From: Eledone cirrhosa
Taxonomy: Eukaryota
Assembly (NCBI GenBank): GCA_964016885.1
Contig: OZ024740.1
Location: 32,178,001 to 32,242,000, forward strand
Reading direction: 5' to 3'
DNA length: 64,000 bases
Positions within the stretch are counted from its first letter, which is position 1. Every line of letters begins with the position of its first letter. The translations under genes and the position numbers were made by a program. A model generated the notes under the pieces. That model searched no databases and was not told the origin of the DNA. It saw only the letters and a list, made by a program, of their open reading frames with translations. Shown here one piece after another: positions 56,791 through 64,000 of this stretch.

Positions 56791-59700
56791 CCTTCCCAAT
56801 CTAATGTCTGACAGTATCTCCTTCCCATTCTAATATCTGACAGTAACTACTTCCCAATGTAATATCTGATAGTAACTCCTTCCCAATCTAATGTCTGATA
56901 GTATCTCCTTCTCAATCTAATATCTGACAGTAACTCCTTCCCAATCTAATATCTGATAGTATCTCCTTCCCAATCTAATGTCTGACAGTATCTCCTTCCC
57001 AATCTAATATCTGATAGTATCTCCTTCCCAATCTAATATCTGATAGTAACTCCATCCCAATCTAATATCTGATAGTATCTCCTTCCCAATCTAATGTCTG
57101 ACAGTAACTCCTTCCTAATCTAATATCTGATAGTATCTCCTTCCCAATCTAATGTCTGACAGTATCTCCTTCCCAATCTAATATCTGATAGTATCTCCTT
57201 CCCAATCTAATATCTGACAGTAACTCCTTCCCAATCTAATATCTGACAGTATCTCCTTCCCAATCTAATGTCTGACAGTATCTCCTTCCATTCTAATATC
57301 TGACAGTAACTCCTTCCCAATGTAATATCTGATAGAATTTCCTTCCCAATCTAATATCTGATAGTATCTCCTTCCCAATCTAATGTCTGATAGTATCTCC
57401 TTCCCATTCTAATATCTGACAGTATCTCCTTCCCATTCTAATGTTTGATAGTATCTCCTTCCCATTCTAATATCTGACAGTATCTTCTTCCCATTCTAAT
57501 GTCTGATAGTATCCCCTTCCCATTCTAATATCTGATAGTATCTCCTTCCCAATCTAATGTCTGATAGTATCTCCTTCCCAATCTAATATCTGATAGTATC
57601 TCCTTCCCATTCTAATGTCTGATAGTAACTCCTTCCCAATGTAATATCTGATAGTATCTCCTTCCCAATCTAATATCTGATAGTATCTCCTTCCCAATCT
57701 AATATCTGATAGTATCTCCTTCCCAATCTAATGTCTGATAGTATCTCCTTCCCAATCTAATATCTGATAGTATCTCCTTCCCAATCTAATATCTGATAGT
57801 ATCTCCTTCCCAATCTAATGTCTGACAATATCTCCTTCCCATTCTAATATCTGACAGTAACTCCTTCCCAATGTAATATCTGATAGTAACTCCTTCCCAA
57901 TCTAATGTCTGATAGTATCTCCTTCCCAATGTAATATCTGACAGTAACTCCTTCCCAATCTAATATCTGATAGTATCTCCTTCCCAATCTAATATCTGAT
58001 AGTATCTCCTTCACAATCTAATATCTGATAGTATCTCCTTCCCAATGTAATATCTGATAGTATCTCCTTCCCAATCTAATATCTGATAGTATCTCCTTCC
58101 CAATCTAATGTCTGATAGTATCTCCTTCCCAATCTAATATCTGATAGTAATTCCTTCCCAATCTAATGTCTGATAGTAACTCCTTCCCAATCTAATATCT
58201 GACAGTAACTCCTTCCCAATCTAATATCTGACAGTATCTCCTTCACAATCTAATATCTGATAGTATCTCCTTCCCAATCTAATGTCTGATAGTATCTCCT
58301 TCCCAATCTAATATCTGATAGTATCTCCTTCCCAATCTAATATCTGACAGTAACTCCTTCCCAATGTAATATCTGATAGTATCTCCTTCCCAATCTAATA
58401 TCTGATAGTAACTCCTTCCGATTCTAATATCTGACAGTAACTCCTTCCCAATCTAATATCTGATAGTATCTCCTTCCCAATCTAATATCTGATAGTATCT
58501 CCTTCCCAATCTAATGTCTGATAGTATCTCCTTCCCATTCTAATATCTGACAGTATCTCCTTCCCATTCTAATATCTGACAGTATCTCCTTCCCAATCTA
58601 ATATCTGATAGTATCTCCTTCCCAATCTAATGTCTGATAGTATCTCCTTCCCAATCTAATATCTGATAGTATCTCCTTCCCAATCTAATATCTGATAGTA
58701 TCTCCTTCCCAATCCAATGTCTGACAGTATCTCCTTCCCATTCTAATATCTGACAGTAACTCCTTCCCAATGTAATATCTGATAGTAACTCCTTCCCAAT
58801 CTAATGTCTGATAGTATCTCCTTCTCAATCTAATATCTGACAGTAACTCCTTCCCAATCTAATATCTGATAGTATCTCCTTCCCAATCTAATGTCTGACA
58901 GTATCTCCTTCCCAATCTAATATCTGATAGTATCTCCTTCCCAATCTAATATCTGATAGTAACTCCATCCCAATCTAATATCTGATAGTATCTCCTTCCC
59001 AATCTAATGTCTGACAGTAACTCCTTCCCAATCTAATATCTGATAGTATCTCCTTCCCAATCTAATGTCTGACAGTATCTCCTTCCCAATCTAATATCTG
59101 ATAGTATCTCCTTCCCAATCTAATATCTGACAGTAACTCCTTCCCAATCTAATATCTGACAGTATCTCCTTCCCAATCTTATGTCTGACAGTATCTCCTT
59201 CCATTCTAATATCTGACAGTAACTCCTTCCCAATGTAATATCTGATAGTATCTCCTTCCCAATCTAATATCTGATAGTACCTCCTTCCCAATCTAATGTC
59301 TGATAGTATCTCCTTCCCATTCTAATATCTGACAGTATCTCCTTCCCATTCTAATGTCTGATAGTATCTCCTTCCCATTCTAATATCTGACAGTATCTTC
59401 TTCCCATTGTAATGTCTGATAGTATCCCCTTCCCATTCTAATATCTGATAGTATCTCCTTCCCAATCTAATGTCTGATAGTATCTCCTTCCCAATCTAAT
59501 ATCTGATAGTATCTCCTTCCCATTCTAATGTCTGATAGTAACTCCTTCCCAATGTAATATCTGATAGTATCTCCTTCCCAATCTAATATCTGATAGTATC
59601 TCCTTCCCAATCTAATATCTGATAGTATCTCCTTCCCAATCTAATGTCTGATAGTATCTCCTTCCCAATCTAATATCTGACAGTAACTCCTTCCCAATCT

Positions 59701-62700
59701 AATATCTGACAGTAACTCCTTCCCAGTGTAATATCTGATAGTAACTCCTTCCCATTCTAATATCTGATAGTAACTCCTTCCCATTCTAATATCTGATAGT
59801 ATCCCCTTCCCAATCTAATGTCTGATAGTATCTCCTTCCCAATCTAATATCTGACAGTAACTCCTTCCCAATCTAATATCTGATAGTATCTCCTTCCCAA
59901 TCTAATATCTGATAGTATCTCCTTCCCAATCTAATGTCTGATAGTATCTCCTTCCCATTCTAATATCTGACAGTATCTCCTTCCCATTCTAATATCTGAC
60001 AGTATCTCCTTCCCATTCTAATATCTGATAGTATCTCCTTCCCAATCTAATATCTGACAGTAACTCCTTCCCAATCTAATATCTGATAGTATCTCCTTCC
60101 CAATCTAATATCTGATAGTATCTCCTTCCCAATCTAATGTCTGATAGTATCTCCTTACCATTCTAATATCTGACAGTATCTCCTTCCCATTCTAATATCT
60201 GACAGTATCTCCTTCCCAATCTAATATCTGATAGTATCTCCTTCCCAATCTAATGTCTGATAGTATCTCCTTCCCAATCTAATATCTGATAGTATCTCCT
60301 TCCCAATCTAATGTCTGACAGTATCTCCTTCCCATTCTAATATCTGACAGTAACTCCTTCCCAATGTAATATCTGATAGTAACTCCTTCCCAATCTAATG
60401 TCTGATAGTATCTCCTTCTCAATCTAATATCTGACAGTAACTCCTTCCCAATCTAATATCTGATAGTATCTCCTTCCCAATCTAATGTCTGATAGTATCT
60501 CCTTTCCATTCTAATATCTGATAGTATCTCCTTCCCATTCTAATATCTGATAGTATCTCCTTCCCAATCTAATATCTGACAGTAACTCCTTCCCAATCTA
60601 ATATCTGACAGTAACTCCTTCCCAGTGTAATATCTGATAGTAACTCCTTCCCATTCTAATATCTGATAGTAACTCCTTCCCATTCTAATATCTGATAGTA
60701 TCCCCTTCCCAATCTAATGTCTGATAGTATCTCCTTCCCAATCTAATATCTGACAGTAACTCCTTCCCAATCTAATATCTGATAGTATCTCCTTCCCAAT
60801 CTAATATCTGATAGTATCTCCTTCCCAATCTAATGTCTGATAGTATCTCCTTCCCATTCTAATATCTGACAGTATCTCCTTCCCATTCTAATATCTGACA
60901 GTATCTCCTTCCCATTCTAATATCTGATAGTATCTCCTTCCCAATCTAATATCTGACAGTAACTCCTTCCCAATCTAATATCTGATAGTATCTCCTTCCC
61001 AATCTAATATCTGATAGTATCTCCTTCCCAATCTAATGTCTGATAGTATCTCCTTCCCATTCTAATATCTGACAGTATCTCCTTCCCATTCTAATATCTG
61101 ACAGTATCTCCTTCCCAATCTAATATCTGATAGTATCTCCTTCCCAATCTAATGTCTGATAGTATCTCCTTCCCAATCTAATATCTGATAGTATCTCCTT
61201 CCCAATCTAATATCTGATAGTATCTCCTTCCCAATCTAATGTCTGACAGTATCTCCTTCCCATTCTAATATCTGACAGTAACTCCTTCCCAATGTAATAT
61301 CTGATAGTAACTCCTTCCCAATCTAATGTCTGATAGTATCTCCTTCTCAATCTAATATCTGACAGTAACTCCTTCCCAATCTAATATCTGATAGTATCTC
61401 CTTCCCAATCTAATGTCTGACAGTATCTCCTTCCCAATCTAATATCTGATAGTATCTCCTTCCCAATCTAATATCTGATAGTAACTCCATCCCAATCTAA
61501 TATCTGATAGTATCTCCTTCCCAATCTAATGTCTGACAGTAACTCCTTCCCAATCTAATATCTGATAGTATCTCCTTCCCAATCTAATGTCTGACAGTAT
61601 CTCCTTCCCAATCTAATATCTGATAGTATCTCCTTCCCAATCTAATATCTGACAGTAACTCCTTCCCAATCTAATATCTGACAGTATCTCCTTCCCAATC
61701 TAATGTCTGACAGTATCTCCTTCCATTCTAATATCTGACAGTAACTCCTTCCCAATGTAATATCTGATAGTATCTCCTTCCCAATCTAATATCTGATAGT
61801 ATCTCCTTCCCAATCTAATGTCTGATAGTATCTCCTTCCCATTCTAATATCTGACAGTATCTCCTTCCCATTCTAATGTCTGATAGTATCTCCTTCCCAT
61901 TCTAATATCTGACAGTATCTTCTTCCCATTCTAATGTCTGATAGTATCCCCTTCCCATTCTAATATCTGATAGTATCTCCTTCCCAATCTAATGTCTGAT
62001 AGTATCTCCTTTCCAATCTAATATCTGATAGTATCTCCTTCCCATTCTAATGTCTGATAGTAACTCCTTCCCAATGTAATATCTGATAGTATCTCCTTCC
62101 CAATCTAATATCTGATAGTATCTCCTTTCCAATCTAATATCTGATAGTATCTCCTTCCCAATCTAATGTCTGATAGTATCTCCTTCCCAATCTAATATCT
62201 GACAGTAACTCCTTCCCAATCTAATATCTGACAGTAACTCCTTCCCAGTGTAATATCTGATAGTAACTCCTTCCCCTTCTAATATCTGATAGTAACTCCT
62301 TCCCATTCTAATATCTGATAGTATCCCCTTCCCAATCTAATGTCTGATAGTATCTCCTTCCCAATCTAATATCTGACAGTAACTCCTTCCCAATCTAATA
62401 TCTGATAGTATCTCCTTCCCAATCTAATATCTGATAGTATCTCCTTCCCAATCTAATGTCTGATAGTATCTCCTTCCCATTCTAATATCTGACAGTATCT
62501 CCTTCCCATTCTAATATCTGACAGTATCTCCTTCCCATTCTAATATCTGATAGTATCTCCTTCCCAATCTAATATCTGACAGTAACTCCTTCCCAATCTA
62601 ATATCTGATAGTATCTCCTTCCCAATCTAATATCTGATAGTATCTCCTTCCCAATCTAATGTCTGATAGTATCTCCTTCCCATTCTAATATCTGACAGTA

Positions 62701-64000
62701 TCTCCTTCCCATTCTAATATCTGACAGTATCTCCTTCCCAATCTAATATCTGATAGTATCTCCTTCCCAATCTAATGTCTGATAGTATCTCCTTCCCAAT
62801 CTAATATCTGATAGTATCTCCTTCCCAATCTAATATCTGATAGTATCTCCTTCCCAATCTTATGTCTGACAGTATCTCCTTCCCATTCTAATATCTGACA
62901 GTAACTCCTTCCCAATGTAATATCTGATAGTAACTCCTTCCCAATCTAATGTCTGATAGTATCTCCTTCTCAATCTAATATCTGACAGTAACTCCTTCCC
63001 AATCTAATATCTGATAGTATCTCCTTCCCAATCTAATGTCTGACAGTATCTCCTTCCCAATCTAATATCTGAGAGTATCTCCTTCCCAATCTAATATCTG
63101 ATAGTAACTCCATCCCAATCTAATATCTGATAGTATCTCCTTCCCAATCTAATGTCTGACAGTAACTCCTTCCCAATCTAATATCTGATAGTATCTCCTT
63201 CCCAATCTAATGTCTGACAGTATCTCCTTCCCAATCTAATATCTGATAGTATCTCCTTCCCAATCTAATATCTGACAGTAACTCCTTTCCAATCTAATAT
63301 CTGACAGTATCTCCTTCCCAATCTAATGTCTGACAGTATCTCCTTCCATTCTAATATCTGACAGTAACTCCTTCCCAATGTAATATCTGATAGAATCTCC
63401 TTCCCAATCTAATATCTGATAGTATCTCCTTCCAAATCTAATGTCTGATAGTATCTCCTTCCCATTCTAATATCTGACAGTATCTCCTTCCCATTCTAAT
63501 GTCTGATAGTATCTCCTTCCCATTCTAATATCTGACAGTATCTTCTTCCCATTCTAATGTCTGATAGTATCCCCTTCCCATTCTAATATCTGATAGTATC
63601 TCCTTCCCAATCTAATGTCTGATAGTATCTCCTTCCCAATCTAATATCTGATAGTATCTCCTTCCCATTCTAATGTCTGATAGTAACTCCTTCCCAATGT
63701 AATATCTGATAGTATCTCCTTCCCAATCTAATATCTGATAGTATCTCCTTCCCAGTCTAATATCTGATAGTATCTCCTTCCCAATCTAATGTCTGATAGT
63801 ATCTCCTTCCCAATCTAATATCTGATAGTATCTCCTTCCCAATCTAATATCTGATAGTATCTCCTTCCCAATCTAATGTCTGACAGTATCTCCTTCCCAT
63901 TCTAATATCTGACAGTAACTCCTTCCCAATGTAATATCTGATAGTAACTCCTTCCCAATCTAATGTCTGATAGTATCTCCTTCTCAATCTAATATCTGAC

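Larger units (their letters stand above)
1..64000. repeat. 29-bp tandem satellite array (~2,200 monomers, head-to-tail, runs off both window ends)
   Basis: Monomer 1-29 ATAGTATCTCCTTCCCAATCTAATATCTG recurs without interruption to base 64000. Frequent variants by monomer position: T2C, T7A, A18T, A25G. Less frequent: C20G, T9C, C15T/A, C14T, T12A. The only length variants seen are 1-3 bp deletions. Confidence 0.99.
27986..64000. repeat. Higher-order repeat, ~56 monomers (1,623 bp), with 31/48/51/58-monomer variants
   Basis: The marker CCAGTGTAA recurs at 27986, 29609 (+1623), 30508 (+899), 31899 (+1391), 32798 (+899), 34276 (+1478), 37000, 38478 (+1478), 40159 (+1681), 59726, 60625 (+899) and 62248 (+1623). 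The 28-bp CTTCCATTC monomer gives the same 1623 spacing (~41111/42734, ~61722/63345). 1623 = 56x29-1. Confidence 0.85.

Noticed and set aside
7632-59291. Ten minus-strand ORFs of 66-105 aa with a 29-aa periodicity (..YYQILDWEGDTIRYYIGKELLSDIRLGR..)
   Set aside because: 29 is not a multiple of 3, so each frame meets the TAG of TTAGA every third monomer. ORFs appear only where variants such as C20G (or a 1-bp deletion) remove that stop. Identical ORFs simply track the duplications. There are no unique N/C termini, no non-repeat regulatory context and no recognisable domain.
1-64000. CRISPR array (29-bp repeat length is in the CRISPR range)
   Set aside because: Monomers abut directly with no unique spacers, leader or cas genes.
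1-64000. Telomerase-type telomeric repeat (C-rich/G-rich strand bias; minus strand contains TTAGATTGGG)
   Set aside because: Ordered variants and kb-scale duplications indicate recombinational amplification rather than templated synthesis. No canonical TTAGGG-type tract and no chromosome end is visible. A subtelomeric location is not excluded.
1-64000. G-quadruplex-forming array on the minus strand
   Set aside because: There is only one GGG and one GG per 29 bp, with GGG runs 26 nt apart, so it does not fit the canonical G4 pattern.
1-64000. Variant order as an information-bearing code, cassette library or synthetic data store
   Set aside because: The pattern is explained by nested in-register duplication plus point mutation. 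Nothing in the window (recombinase, expression site, reader) supports a functional code.
1-64000. Simple sequencing artefact such as a rolling-circle or adapter concatemer
   Set aside because: Rare variants are reproducibly inherited between blocks at consistent offsets in a nested hierarchy, which random error would not produce. Individual perfect duplications could still be assembly errors.

Overview
The entire 64 kb window is one uninterrupted, single-orientation tandem satellite array of about 2,200 copies of a 29-bp monomer (consensus + strand ATAGTATCTCCTTCCCAATCTAATATCTG, 10/29 G+C, 8 C vs 2 G, no CpG). I found no credible gene, RNA gene, transposon, CRISPR spacer or inversion. The ten listed ORFs are chance stop-free runs through the repeat. 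The informative signal is the order of variant monomers. It shows a ~56-monomer (1,623 bp) higher-order repeat with truncated forms, nested near-identical tandem duplications (periods 1,619/1,767, 2,170, 4,950, 4,517, 3,591, 2,290, 3,159, 8,174 and 2,697 bp), two variant domains meeting near 27-29 kb, and a ~28-31 kb long-range recurrence. This architecture resembles eukaryotic heterochromatic or centromeric satellite DNA, but organism, location and function cannot be determined from this window. All positions were read by eye and block boundaries are approximate.
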